A stretch of DNA of 64,000 bases, taken from the NCBI GenBank assembly GCA_963696385.1, contig CAVOKF010000005.1:64001-128000 (forward strand). The letters are read 5' to 3'. A program made the position numbers and the translations under genes. How positions within the stretch are numbered: the stretch's first letter is position 1; each line of letters starts with the position of its first letter. Shown piece by piece: positions 1 through 10,119 of the stretch. The DNA is from an uncultured delta proteobacterium (lineage in GTDB: Bacteria > Myxococcota_A > Polyangia > Polyangiales > Polyangiaceae). The notes beneath the pieces were generated by a model. It did no database searches and was not told where the DNA came from. It was given only the letters and a program-made list of their open reading frames with translations.

Positions 1-650
1 CGCAGGCTATTGCCGATGAAGCCACGCGCGTAGGATAGGTGCGGCGGTCGTCGTATCAAGTCGGCGTGCTGTTCGAACAACACGGCCCGCGTCGATAAGC
101 GCTCGCGCCACGCTCGGTAGGTGCGTCCGCGTGGAGAAATCGCTCCACGCTGTTGGCGGCGTCGCGAGGAGCCAGTTGAACGGTCGCCAACTCAGCCGCC
201 CGCGCGAGTGCCGGGAAGTCGCTTTACGCAAAACAAGCGCCTCCGCGCGTCGCGAGCGCCGATGGGTCACAGATCGCCTGAGAAGATGCGGGTCTCTGGC
301 TGCGAGCGCTCGTGCGGAGAGCAAGCGAGCCCCCTCGCTACCGCGCGAGGCTCACCGAATCGGCGGATGCGCATAACGGCGTCCGCGACGTTGTTCGGTG
401 ACTTCTCTTTCGAGCCGGAAGCGCGCGGTCAGGCCCGTAAATGAGAATATGGATGCCCTGGCGCAGCGCATACGTCGGTTCGGGTAGTCCCGCGTCAAGC
501 TCGCTGAGGACGCCGAGAGTGAGACAGACCCACTTGGCGCTCGTCGGGTTGCGGTCACGCCGACGCTGGCGGGGCGAACCACTCGTCGACGCGGCCAGCG
601 GCTCGGCGAAGAGGCCCGGATAAGCTATACACGCGTCAAGAAGAAGCGGC

Positions 651-2621
651 ATGCTCGATCGGAAGACCCCACGCGAAATTCTCGCGGCGAACGACAAGCT
701 CGACAAGGATGTCATCGCGGTTAGGTACCGCGGCCGCATCGTCGATCTGCATACCCCCGTCGAAGCGACGGACTTCGAGCTCACGCCGCTTCACGCGGCC
801 GACAAGGATGCCCTGGCCGTCATCCGGCACTCCACGGCGCACGTGATGGCCGACGCGGTGCAGCGGCTATTCCCTGGGACGAAAGTGACGATTGGTCCAG
901 CGACCGACGACGGCTTTTTCTATGACTTTGACAAGCCTGGCGGGGGCTTCACGGACGACGATTTGCGCGAAATCGAGCGCGTCATGTTCGAGATCATCCG
1001 CAAGGACTCGCCGTTTCGCCGCCTGGTGGTCACCCGAAGCGAAGCGAAGCGCATGTTTTCGGCGATGGGGGAGACATACAAGCTCGAGATCATCGACGCT
1101 ATCCCGCAGGATGAAGAAGTCAGCTTATACAAGCACGGGGCGCCTCCGAACGAATGGATTGACGTGTGCGAAGGGCCGCACGTGCCATCGACAGGCTGGC
1201 TCCGGGCGGTTCGGCTGACCCACGTCGCTGGGGCGTACTGGCGCGGGGACGAGCGAAAACCCATGCTTCAGCGCATCTACGGCACAGCGTTCGAGTCGCC
1301 CAAGTCGCTTGAGGAGTACTTAGCGCTACTGGAACAGGCCAAACTGCATGATCATCGCAAGCTCGGGAAAGAGCTCGAGCTTTTCATGTTTGACGAGATC
1401 GCCCCGGCGATGCCGTTCTTCTTGCCTCGAGGCGCGTTCGTGTATCACGCCATGATCGAATTCGTGCGCCGTCTTTACGAGCGTCATGGATACGAGGAAG
1501 TCGTCACGCCTCAGATTTTTGATCCACGGCTTTTCCGGGCGAGCGGCCACCTTGGTCACTACAACGAGAACATGTACCGGCTTTGGACCGAGGACCTTCT
1601 CGCCGAGCCCGGCGAGGAAGTGGCGAACCAGTCTCGGGCTGCGCTGAGGGAGCATCTGCAACATGCGTCTTTCGCACTCAAGCCGATGAACTGCCCCAGC
1701 CATTGCGTCATCTTTGCGAGCCGCCGTCGCTCGTATCGCGATCTCCCGTGGCGCGTCGCGGACTTTGGGCGCCTCCACCGATACGAGCGGGGCGGCGTCG
1801 TTCACGGATTGGCGCGAGTTCGCAGTTTCTGCCAAGACGACGCGCACATTTTCTGCGATGAGAGAAGCGTCGCCGATGAGATCGCGAAATTCATCGATCT
1901 GTTGAACGTCGTTTACAGAGCATTTCAGTTCGAGAGGGTGGATATCAAGCTGGCCACGCGTCCTGCAGCCGACAAGCGTCTGGGCACCGACGAAGAGTGG
2001 GATCGGAGCGAACGAGCGCTCGCGGGCGCACTGGACCGGGCGGGACTGAAGTACGAGGTTACGCCCGGCGAGGGCGCATTCTACGGGGCCAAAATCGAGT
2101 TCCACGTCCAGGACGCACTGAAGCGCTCGTGGCAGCTTGGCACCATCCAATACGACTCGAATTTACCGCAGCGGTTCCGTTTGTCCTTCGTGGGCGAGGA
2201 CGGCAAGGAGCACCGGCCGATCATGTTGCATCGCGCCGTTTTCGGGTCGCTCGAGCGTTTTTTTGGCGTTTACTTGGAGCACTGTGGAGGGAATTTCCCT
2301 ACTTGGATCGCCCCCAAGCAGGCCATCGTGCTCACGGTCAGTGAAAAGAGCGACGAGCACGCTCGGCGGGTCGTGGAGCGCCTCCGGTCGAAAGGCCTAC
2401 GCGTCGAGGTCGACCTATCGAGCGATAAGCTCGGAGCCAAGATTCGAAACGCGCGTCTTGCGCGGTATCCTTACCTGCTCGTCGTCGGCCCCAAGGAGGC
2501 CGAGGCCGACTCAGTGGGCGTACGCTCACGCGACGCGGGAGAGCTGGGAGCGATGAAAGTCGACGAGTTCGTCGTGCGCCTGGTCGCAGAAGCTCAGCCA
2601 CCCGGAGCAGTCGCACATTGA
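651..2621 (+). CDS. thrS: Threonine--tRNA ligase
   Basis: RHSTAHVMA, IGPAT.DGFFYDF, CEGPHV editing domain, DHRKLG, LKPMNCP, HRYE, QDDAHIF, GAFYG, HRAVFGSLERF and anticodon-binding C-terminus. Confidence 0.98.
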   Translation: MLDRKTPREILAANDKLDKDVIAVRYRGRIVDLHTPVEATDFELTPLHAADKDALAVIRHSTAHVMADAVQRLFPGTKVTIGPATDDGFFYDFDKPGGGFTDDDLREIERVMFEIIRKDSPFRRLVVTRSEAKRMFSAMGETYKLEIIDAIPQDEEVSLYKHGAPPNEWIDVCEGPHVPSTGWLRAVRLTHVAGAYWRGDERKPMLQRIYGTAFESPKSLEEYLALLEQAKLHDHRKLGKELELFMFDEIAPAMPFFLPRGAFVYHAMIEFVRRLYERHGYEEVVTPQIFDPRLFRASGHLGHYNENMYRLWTEDLLAEPGEEVANQSRAALREHLQHASFALKPMNCPSHCVIFASRRRSYRDLPWRVADFGRLHRYERGGVVHGLARVRSFCQDDAHIFCDERSVADEIAKFIDLLNVVYRAFQFERVDIKLATRPAADKRLGTDEEWDRSERALAGALDRAGLKYEVTPGEGAFYGAKIEFHVQDALKRSWQLGTIQYDSNLPQRFRLSFVGEDGKEHRPIMLHRAVFGSLERFFGVYLEHCGGNFPTWIAPKQAIVLTVSEKSDEHARRVVERLRSKGLRVEVDLSSDKLGAKIRNARLARYPYLLVVGPKEAEADSVGVRSRDAGELGAMKVDEFVVRLVAEAQPPGAVAH

Positions 2622-2740
2622 CGGCCGTGTCGGTTCGCGTCGACACTACGGTACCAGCGGGCCTGAATAGCGATGGCCGGACGGTATCGTCCGACTCGTC
2701 CATCGATAGTGAGAACAGCACGGAGGTCAAGTAAGCGAAA

Positions 2741-3475
2741 ATGGCATTGGGTCATCCCCGGTTCGATCCGCGTCAGCAGCAACGCGGCTATCAAATCCGA
2801 GTCAATCACCGCATTCGTGTCCCTGAAGTGCGCGTCATCGACGCTGACGGGAGCATGCTGGGCGTGCTGCAGACTCACGACGCGCTTCGCAAGGCGCAAG
2901 AACAGGGGCTCGATCTCGTCGAGGTCAATCCGAAGGCAGAGCCCCCCGTATGCAAGATCCTCGACTTCGGCAAGTATAAGTACGAGGAGAAGAAGAAGCA
3001 GGCTCAGGCACGCCGGAATCAATCGGTCGTCGAGATCAAGGAGGTCAAGCTTCGACCCAAGACAGACGACCACGACATCGCGTTCAAAGTGAAGGCCGCA
3101 CGCCGCTTTCTGGAGGCGGGCCACAAGGTAAAGTTCACCGTGCGCTTCCGGGGCCGCGAGATCACGCACCCAGAGAAGGCTCACGAGCAGCTCGACATCA
3201 TCCTCAAGGCACTCGACGACGTAGGCAACGTCGAGACCCGCGCGTCGATGGAAGCGCGCGCCATGTCGCTCATCATGGCCCCAAAGCCTGCCGTCATGCA
3301 GCGCGTCGCCCAACAGCGCGCGGCGCAAGAGAAGGCGCGCCAGCAGGCAGAAAAGGAAGGCAAGCCGCTGCCGCCCGAGCCGTCGTCAGCCGAACTGCCA
3401 GAGGACGATGACGACGACGATGACGACGAGGATAGCGAGGGCGAGGGCTCGAATTCCGACGGCAATTCGAACTAG
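2741..3475 (+). CDS. infC: Translation initiation factor IF-3 with acidic C-terminal extension
   Basis: RVNHRIRVPEVRVI, LDLVEV, PPVCKILDFGKYKYE, KEVKLRP, VRFRGRE; follows thrS. Confidence 0.96.
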   Translation: MALGHPRFDPRQQQRGYQIRVNHRIRVPEVRVIDADGSMLGVLQTHDALRKAQEQGLDLVEVNPKAEPPVCKILDFGKYKYEEKKKQAQARRNQSVVEIKEVKLRPKTDDHDIAFKVKAARRFLEAGHKVKFTVRFRGREITHPEKAHEQLDIILKALDDVGNVETRASMEARAMSLIMAPKPAVMQRVAQQRAAQEKARQQAEKEGKPLPPEPSSAELPEDDDDDDDDEDSEGEGSNSDGNSN

Positions 3476-3487
3476 AATTGGCGATGC

Positions 3488-3907
3488 ATGGCGGCCGCTC
3501 CTCAATCGCCCCGCATGCCCCGGATCCTCATTGCGAAGCCTGGGCTCGACGGTCACGACCGTGGCGCGAAGGTGGTCGCGCGGGCGCTGCGCGATGCGGG
3601 GCTCGAGGTTATCTATACCGGGCTGCATCAGACCCCCGAAATGATTGCGAATGCCGCCGTGCAGGAGGACGTGGATGCGGTCGGGCTGTCCATCATGAGC
3701 GGCGCGCACAACACCCTCTTTCCGGCCGTTGTTGACGAGCTGAGGCGGCGGGGCGCCGACGACGTCATCGTTTTCGGCGGCGGTATCATTCCGGATGTTG
3801 ACATCGCGCGATTGAAGTCGGCAGGGGTGAGCGGTGTGTTCACGCCGGGTGCGTCGCTCGCGACGATCATTCAATGGGTTCGTGACAACGTGCATCCGCG
3901 GGCATGA
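3488..3907 (+). CDS. Cobalamin-binding domain protein (acyl-CoA mutase small subunit type)
   Basis: [10 protein letters not shown] (DxHxxG), [19 protein letters not shown]. Confidence 0.92.
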   Translation: MAAAPQSPRMPRILIAKPGLDGHDRGAKVVARALRDAGLEVIYTGLHQTPEMIANAAVQEDVDAVGLSIMSGAHNTLFPAVVDELRRRGADDVIVFGGGIIPDVDIARLKSAGVSGVFTPGASLATIIQWVRDNVHPRA

Positions 3908-4539
3908 TTCGATACGAGCTCGGCGACGTCGCGGCCGTGCGACGCGCTTGGGCCGTTGCGGCGGTCCGGGCAATGATGACTCTCGCTCCGCTCGTCCTCG
4001 CCCTCGAACTGGGGCGCCCGCTCGGGTGGACTCCACGCTCTCCGTCTCTGGCGCTCGCGGCCGCGGTCTGCGTCCTGTTTGCGACCCAATCGTGGGTCCA
4101 GGGTGCAGCCGTGATGCGTCGCTTGCGAGCGCTACGCGTTTTCGTCGACGACGACACGATAACGGCCGAAATCGGACGAGACGCTCGATCAATCGTTCGC
4201 TCGCGCGTGGTCCGCATCGTCGAGATCGCCGGAGCGCTCGGCGGCATGCGGATCGAATCGGATCCCGACCCGAGGACGGGCGTTCCGGTCATCGTGACAG
4301 TGCCCCGCGGCGGTGAGGGATTCGGCGACGTGCGAGCCCATCTCGAGAGATGGCGTGGGGTGGAACGTCGTGGAAAGCGTGGTCCGTTCTTGCGGGTTAT
4401 GTTGGGCGTGGCGGTGATTGCGGGAGTCTTCTTCCTTCCGTTCGCGCTGGACGATTTCGTCGTTCGCTCGAAACTCGTTGCGGCTTTGCTCGTCATGTTC
4501 GTCTGGCTTGCGATGCGTTGGAAGCTGCGCGCTCACTGA
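3904..4539 (+). CDS. Hypothetical membrane protein
   Basis: ATGA overlap with upstream gene; about four hydrophobic segments. Confidence 0.65.
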   Translation: MIRYELGDVAAVRRAWAVAAVRAMMTLAPLVLALELGRPLGWTPRSPSLALAAAVCVLFATQSWVQGAAVMRRLRALRVFVDDDTITAEIGRDARSIVRSRVVRIVEIAGALGGMRIESDPDPRTGVPVIVTVPRGGEGFGDVRAHLERWRGVERRGKRGPFLRVMLGVAVIAGVFFLPFALDDFVVRSKLVAALLVMFVWLAMRWKLRAH

Positions 4540-4586
4540 GCGCCTTCGCCTACATTTATGCAGAACGCTGCGGCCGGTGATGAACA

Positions 4587-4603
4587 CAGGCATATTGCTT
4601 GCC
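4587..4603 (+). promoter_or_regulatory. Candidate sigma54 (-24/-12) promoter
   Basis: CAGGCATATTGCTTGCC gives GG(4589-90)-N10-GC(4601-02) with GGCA and TTGC cores, in intergenic DNA. Confidence 0.45.
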
Positions 4604-4693
4604 CACGGCGACGGGGTGCTAAATGGCCGTTCTAGTTCTCGTGGCGCGCCTGGCCACTTGCGGGCGCGTAGTGGCGTTTGGTGGGAGATACTT

Positions 4694-4724
4694 TTTGCGG
4701 AAATTTTGCCGAGATTTGCCGAGA
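4694..4724. repeat. Three ~10-bp direct repeats: TTTGCGGAAA, TTTGCCGAGA, TTTGCCGAGA
   Basis: Copies at 4694-4703, 4705-4714 and 4715-4724. Confidence 0.7.
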
Positions 4725-4824
4725 GAGGAGTGACGTCGAGCGGTGGCCAGCTTGTTGTTTGTGTGGGAAATGGATATGCCCGACTTTGCAGAGGGCTAGG
4801 CCCCGGCAGACAAGCGAATCAAGC

Positions 4825-5967
4825 ATGGACTTTGAGTTTGACGAGCACCACCGGCTGTTGCGGGAAAGCGTCCGGCAGTTTGCGCGGACGGAGGTCGCGC
4901 CAAACGCTCAGCGATGGGACCGCGAGGAGCGCTTCCCCGCGGAGCTGATTCCAAAGCTCGCGTCGATGGGGCTCTGGGGCATTCGAATTCCGGAAGAGTA
5001 CGGTGGCTCGGGAATGGGGATGCAGGCGTACGCCATTTGCATTGAGGAGCTTGCGCGGGTCGACGGCTCCGTAGCGCTGTCGGTTGCCTCGCACAATGGG
5101 CTTGGGACCGGGCATTTAATCGCGTTCGGAAGCGACGTCCAGAAGCGGCGGTATTTGCCAAAGGCATCGAGCGGGGAGTGGCTTGCGGCGTGGGCATTGA
5201 CCGAACCAGGTAGCGGAAGCGACGCCGCGGCGCTGCGGACTGTGGCGCGGCGCGAGGGCGATGTGTGGGTCATCAACGGCAACAAGACATTCATCACTCA
5301 GGGCACGATCGGCGCCTTTTGCATCGTTCTGGCTCGGACGAACCCATCGATGCCCAAGCAGCAGGGAATTACCGCGTTCGTGATCGATCACGGGACACCG
5401 GGCTTCAACGTATCGAGACATCTGCAGAAGCTGGGTTGCCGTTCGAGTGACACTGCAGAGCTTTCGTTCGACGACGTTCGCGTGTCGGACGGGCAACGCA
5501 TCGGACTGGTCGACCACGGCTTCGCCGACGCGATGAAAATTCTGGACGGTGGGCGTGTGTCGATTGCCGCGATGGCGCTTGGCCTGGGGTATGGCGCCTT
5601 GGAGAAGGCCACGTCCTATGCGAAAGACCGCCGCGCGTTCGGTCGAGCGATCGCCGAGTTCCAGGCAATTCAGTGGATGTTCGCCGATGCAAAGACGGAG
5701 CTCGACGCGGCCGCGATGCTGATCTACCGCGCCGCTTGGCTGGCGGATCGAGGCGAGCCTTTCACCGAGGCGGCCGCAATGGCGAAACTTTTCGCCAGCG
5801 AAGCGGCCACGCGCGCATGCAACAGCGCCGTACAGGTGCATGGGGGCTACGGTTACGTGCGCGAGTTCGACGTCGAGCGCCATTTGCGTGACGCGAAGCT
5901 CTGCGAAATCGGTGAGGGGACGAGCGAGATTCAGCGCATGGTGATCGCCAAGCACGTTCTCGGCTGA
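4825..5967 (+). CDS. Acyl-CoA dehydrogenase
   Basis: MDFEF start; ALTEPGSGSDAA, INGNKTFIT, RRAFGRAI, QVHGGYGY, IGEGTSEIQR. Confidence 0.95.
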   Translation: MDFEFDEHHRLLRESVRQFARTEVAPNAQRWDREERFPAELIPKLASMGLWGIRIPEEYGGSGMGMQAYAICIEELARVDGSVALSVASHNGLGTGHLIAFGSDVQKRRYLPKASSGEWLAAWALTEPGSGSDAAALRTVARREGDVWVINGNKTFITQGTIGAFCIVLARTNPSMPKQQGITAFVIDHGTPGFNVSRHLQKLGCRSSDTAELSFDDVRVSDGQRIGLVDHGFADAMKILDGGRVSIAAMALGLGYGALEKATSYAKDRRAFGRAIAEFQAIQWMFADAKTELDAAAMLIYRAAWLADRGEPFTEAAAMAKLFASEAATRACNSAVQVHGGYGYVREFDVERHLRDAKLCEIGEGTSEIQRMVIAKHVLG

Positions 5968-6173
5968 GCCGTCTCGGCGGCGTGTCCTCAGGCACGGTTC
6001 GGTCGGGGGACGTCGGGCCCGCCCTTCGCACGCCGGGGTCTCCCTCGCGAAGTGACGGCCTCGGCGGCCGTGAACGCCGGTAGCGGAGTGTGGGGTTCGG
6101 TCGAAGAAGTGCCTCCGTCGTTGGGTGTGAGTGGTGGCTCGCCCGGCGTCATTAGGTGCGGTGCAAAGAAATA

Positions 6174-6202
6174 TTGACAGACCTCGAGCCCAACCATATC
6201 GT
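6174..6202 (+). promoter_or_regulatory. sigma70-type promoter of the dcw/mra operon
   Basis: TTGACA (6174-79), 17-bp spacer, TATCGT (6197-6202). Confidence 0.75.
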
Positions 6203-6213
6203 CCCCTCTAGGC

Positions 6214-6240
6214 GTGGGAAATCGTGGCAAGAAGTGCCAA
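6214..6240 (+). promoter_or_regulatory. MraZ operator (GTGG boxes at 10-bp period)
   Basis: GTGGGAAATC-GTGGCAAGAA-GTGCCAA starting at 6214, 6224 and 6234, between the promoter and mraZ. Confidence 0.75.
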
Positions 6241-6263
6241 GCCACGACGGAGCGGCTGTCGAG

Positions 6264-6707
6264 ATGTTCCGCGGGCGACACGAGCACACGATCGACGCGA
6301 AGGGGCGGACGAGCGTCCCCGCCCGCTATCGCGACGTCCTCGACACCGCTGGCGAACGGCGAATCGTAGTGACGAGCGCTCTCGACCCTTGCCTGGTCGC
6401 TTACTCGCCGGCCGAGTGGAGCGAGTTCGAAGCGCAGCTCGGAAAGCTCCCGCGCTTCGACCGCGCCGTTCAGAAGCTGAAGCGCATCTACGTCTCCGGG
6501 GCCGTCGAGTGCGAAATCGACGACGTCGGCCGTATCCTCATCCCTGCGACGCTGAGGGATTATGCCCATCTGAAGAAAGAAGTTCTTTGGGCTGGCGCGG
6601 GCCGTTACGCCGAGCTCTGGGACAAGGATGAATGGCTCCGGCACGTCGAGACCACCGACGAGGAACGCCGCGACATTGCTGCGCGTATGTCGGAGCTTGG
6701 ACTATGA
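6264..6707 (+). CDS. mraZ: Division/cell wall cluster repressor MraZ
   Basis: MFRGRHEHTIDAKGR and IDDVGRILIP (two DxxGR motifs), ELWD. Confidence 0.97.
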   Translation: MFRGRHEHTIDAKGRTSVPARYRDVLDTAGERRIVVTSALDPCLVAYSPAEWSEFEAQLGKLPRFDRAVQKLKRIYVSGAVECEIDDVGRILIPATLRDYAHLKKEVLWAGAGRYAELWDKDEWLRHVETTDEERRDIAARMSELGL

Positions 6708-7684
6708 GCAACGTGCAGCTCGCGCTACCCGGCGTGTTGGCGGATGGGTCGAGCGAGTGGGTTTGGCGGGACGACTTTGAGATGAGTGACGTGAAGCGCT
6801 TTGAGCACGCGACGGTCATGCGTGACGAGGTCGTGCGTGCCATCGCGCCCCGTCCCGGGGGCCTTTACGTCGACGCGACGCTCGGTGCCGGGGGACACAC
6901 CGTCGCGCTGCTCGAAGCCGAACCGAAGGCGCGGATCGTGGCTCTGGATCGGGACCCGGCGGCCGTCGCCGCGGCTCGAGAGCGCCTGGCGCCCGTGGCG
7001 GATCGCGTAATGATTGCGCGCTGCGTATTTTCGAACGTACGTGACCAGCTTGAGCGGCTGGGTTTCTCTCGCGCCGACGGACTTATTGCGGACCTCGGCG
7101 TGAGCTCGCCGCAGATCGACAACGCCGAACGAGGAATGAGCTTTCGGCGCGAGGGACCGATCGATATGCGGATGGACCCGGACGAAGGGGAGACCGCGCT
7201 CGAGCTCGTAGAGCGCTTGTCGGATGACGATCTGGCAAACGTCATTTATCGATACGGCGACGAGCGCCGCTCGCGGCGTATCGCGCGGAGCCTCAAGAAA
7301 GCGGTGGCTGCAGGAGAACTGCGAACCACCCTGGATCTGCGGCGAGCTATCGTGCGCGCGGTGGGCCCGGCTAGGATAGGCGGCGTCGACCCAGCCACTC
7401 GAACGTTTCAAGCGCTCCGGATTGCCGTGAACGGCGAGCTCGAGCAGCTGGCTCAGCTGCTTGCCGCATTGAGCGACGTTGTCGTGGAGGGCGCAGTCGT
7501 GGTCGTGCTCTCGTTCCATTCTCTCGAGGACCGCTTGGTGAAGCGCGCATTCGCTCTGCCCGGGTGGTGTCCGCTCACCAAGAAGCCTTTGGTCCCGAGT
7601 GATGAAGAAAGCGCGCAAAATGCCCGCGCCCGAAGCGCGAAATTGCGGGCGGCACGACGAACGGCCATCGGAGAGAGCGAATGA
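6704..7684 (+). CDS. rsmH: 16S rRNA m4C1402 methyltransferase
   Basis: DATLGAGGHT, DLGVSSPQID, DMRMD, TRTFQALRIAVN, SFHSLEDR, RSAKLR; ATGA overlap with mraZ (alternative start 6782). Confidence 0.97.
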   Translation: MSNVQLALPGVLADGSSEWVWRDDFEMSDVKRFEHATVMRDEVVRAIAPRPGGLYVDATLGAGGHTVALLEAEPKARIVALDRDPAAVAAARERLAPVADRVMIARCVFSNVRDQLERLGFSRADGLIADLGVSSPQIDNAERGMSFRREGPIDMRMDPDEGETALELVERLSDDDLANVIYRYGDERRSRRIARSLKKAVAAGELRTTLDLRRAIVRAVGPARIGGVDPATRTFQALRIAVNGELEQLAQLLAALSDVVVEGAVVVVLSFHSLEDRLVKRAFALPGWCPLTKKPLVPSDEESAQNARARSAKLRAARRTAIGESE

Positions 7685-8058
7685 CCCGGGTCAGCGTCTC
7701 GTTCCTGCCGCTCTGGACGCTCGCCGTGGCGGCGACCGCGAGCGCGTTCGTCATGCACCTCGCCCTGCGCGGTCGCACTGTGCAGCTTGGCTACGAGCTG
7801 GGTCATGCGAGGCAGGAGCAGGCTAGACTCCGAGAGGTTGAGCGCGTGATGGAGCTCGAGGCTGCCAGTTACAGGACGCCCGAACGCATCGAGATCGTCG
7901 CCCGAACGCTTCTCGGCATGGAGGCACCGTCCTCGGAGCGAATTGTGTCGCTCGTGCCGCTCCCAGGCTCCGACGATCGCCCGAACGTCACCGCTTTCAG
8001 CTCGATGCCCACGCGGACGGCACACGGCCACGGCAATCCCGCCGCAGTTCCGCCGTGA
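7681..8058 (+). CDS. ftsL: Cell division protein FtsL
   Basis: Single TM plus coiled coil, PERIE..AR..LGM; located between rsmH and ftsI. Confidence 0.85.
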   Translation: MTRVSVSFLPLWTLAVAATASAFVMHLALRGRTVQLGYELGHARQEQARLREVERVMELEAASYRTPERIEIVARTLLGMEAPSSERIVSLVPLPGSDDRPNVTAFSSMPTRTAHGHGNPAAVPP

Positions 8059-10119
8059 AGAACCTCGACCCTCGTCGCGCCCGCTGGATCCGAACGCGCA
8101 TGGGGGTGCTCTGCGGTCTCATGGGCCTCGCTCTGGGCGGGATCGTTTCGAGCGCCTGGCGCGTTCAAGTGGAGGACGGTCTCGCCTGGAGCGATATGGC
8201 CGTGAAGCAGCGGCAGCGGCGCCTGCACATCGAACCCAAGCGGGGCACCATATTCGATCGCAACGGCGCACCGCTGGCGGTCAGCATCGAGGTGCCGAGT
8301 GTCAGTGCCGACGTCACGGAGATGCTTCAAGGGAGCGACAGCAAATCGGAACAAGATGCCAGGCTCCACGGAGCAGCTCAGCGCCTCGCGGCGGTCCTGA
8401 GTATGGACGCCGCCGATATCGTTGCCAGGCTCGAGCCGCGCCACCGATTCGTTTGGATCAAGCGTCGCGTCACCAGCCAGGAGGCCGATGCGATCCGGGA
8501 TTCTGGGTGACCCCAAGAAGCAGGTCGTTCCAATACGCGGCCTGTCGATTGAGGGCGAGGGGCATAGGTACTACCCGGGCCGCGAGCTCGCGGGCCCGCT
8601 CTTGGGTTTTGTTTCGCCGGACGGACAAGGCAAGGATGGCGTCGAACTTTCCTTGGACGAAGACTTGCGTGGCAAAGTGGAAGAGGTCCGCGGCCTGCGC
8701 GACCGCAGCGGTAGGCTCATCTTCGATGGCGTGAACAACGAGCGCGCGCTTCAAGGCAACGACGTCGTCCTCTCTCTTGACGAGGGAATCCAACATGTGG
8801 CCGAGCGCGAGTTGGACGCTGCAATGCGCACCTATGAGACGCGAGGTGGGTCGCTGACGGTCGTCGACCCTTTGACAGGGGAGATCCTCGCGCTCGCGAG
8901 CGTGCCCGGGTACAATCCGAATGACTACACCGAGAGTGATGTCGATTCGCGTCGCGACCGCGTCGTCGCGGACCGCTTCGAGCCCGGCTCGGTCATGAAG
9001 CCCTTCATGATTGCCGGTGCGCTCACCGCCGGCACTCTCAAACCCACCGATGCGATCGACTGCGAGCACGGCGTCTTCCAGATCGCGGGAATCACCATTC
9101 ACGATACGCACATCAACGATGTACTCACGCCGACTCAGATTTTGGCTCGAAGTTCGAACATTGGGGCTCTGAAAATCGGCTTGCAGCTCGGGGAGCCTGC
9201 TCTGTATGCCGACTACCGCCGCTTCGGATTCGGGGAACCGACCGGAATTCCGGTTCCGGGGGAATCGGAAGGAGTTCTCCGTCCCAAAGCACGGCCCTGG
9301 TACGACGCCGAAACTGCGAGCGCGAGCTTCGGCCAGGGGATTACCGTGACAACGCTGCAGCTCGCCATGGCGATGAGCGCAATAGCCAACGGAGGCAAGC
9401 TTCTCGAGCCGATTTTGGTTCGGGAGGTGACCGAGGGGAATGGGGCGGTGGTCCGGAATTCGAGCATGCGCGTTCGTCGCGAGGTCGTCCCAGCCGGAGT
9501 CGCGCGGACCGTCGCTGAGATGCTGACGGCAGTCACCGAGGAGGGTGGTACCGCCGTCGAGGCATCGATTGCCGGCTACCGCGTCGCGGGCAAGACTTCG
9601 ACTGCACAGAAAGTAGACCCCGCCACAGGCAAATACTCGGCCGACAAATACACTGCCGTGTTTGTGGGCTTCGTCCCTGTCGAACACCCGCGGCTTGTGG
9701 TTGCGGTGGTCTTGGACGAACCCATGATTGGGCGTTATGGGGGCGACTTGGCCGGCCCGGTCTTTCGCCGAGTGGCCGAGGCGTCTCTCCGCTATCTCGG
9801 GGTGACCCCCACGACCGGATTGAACAAGGGGGGAACGGCAGCACGGGGGGCCGATCCCGCGGACCCAGCTCCTGCCGCCATGAAGCCGGTGCCATGGTCT
9901 GCCCTTCCGGTCGCCCCGAGCGAACCCGTGCCACCGGGCAGTGTGCGCGTTCCGGACACGACCGGATTGCCTGCACACGAAGTGATTGTCGCGATCAGCA
10001 AAGCCGGGTTGGTTCCTCGGGTCGAGGGGTCGGGCCGCGCCGTTCGACAGACCCCGGCCGCTGGTGCCCCGGCCACGAAGGGGACCGCGGTCCGTGTGAT
10101 CCTAGAGCCCGCATCATGA
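8055..10119 (+). CDS. ftsI: PBP3 / FtsI with C-terminal PASTA domain; frameshifted in this sequence (extra T at ~8502)
   Basis: TM and RGTIFDRNG in ORF 8055-8510; EPGSVMK (SxxK), SSN (SxN) and KTS motif in ORF ending 10119; deleting one T in GATTCTGGGT joins them as ..IRDLGDPKK.. Confidence 0.92.

Noticed and set aside
1..650. Short ORFs, or a tRNA / thrS leader upstream of thrS
   Set aside because: No recognisable protein motif, cloverleaf or T-box seen; left unannotated.
3403..3432. GAC/GAT trinucleotide repeat
   Set aside because: Encodes the poly-Asp tail of IF-3; not a separate element.
5968..6170. Possible rnpB upstream of mraZ
   Set aside because: The conserved GAGGAAAGTCC motif is absent and the gap is too short.
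8470..9978. Long antisense ORFs (also 23822-25612, 57121-58614 and others)
   Set aside because: Shadow frames of well-supported genes, expected in high-GC DNA.
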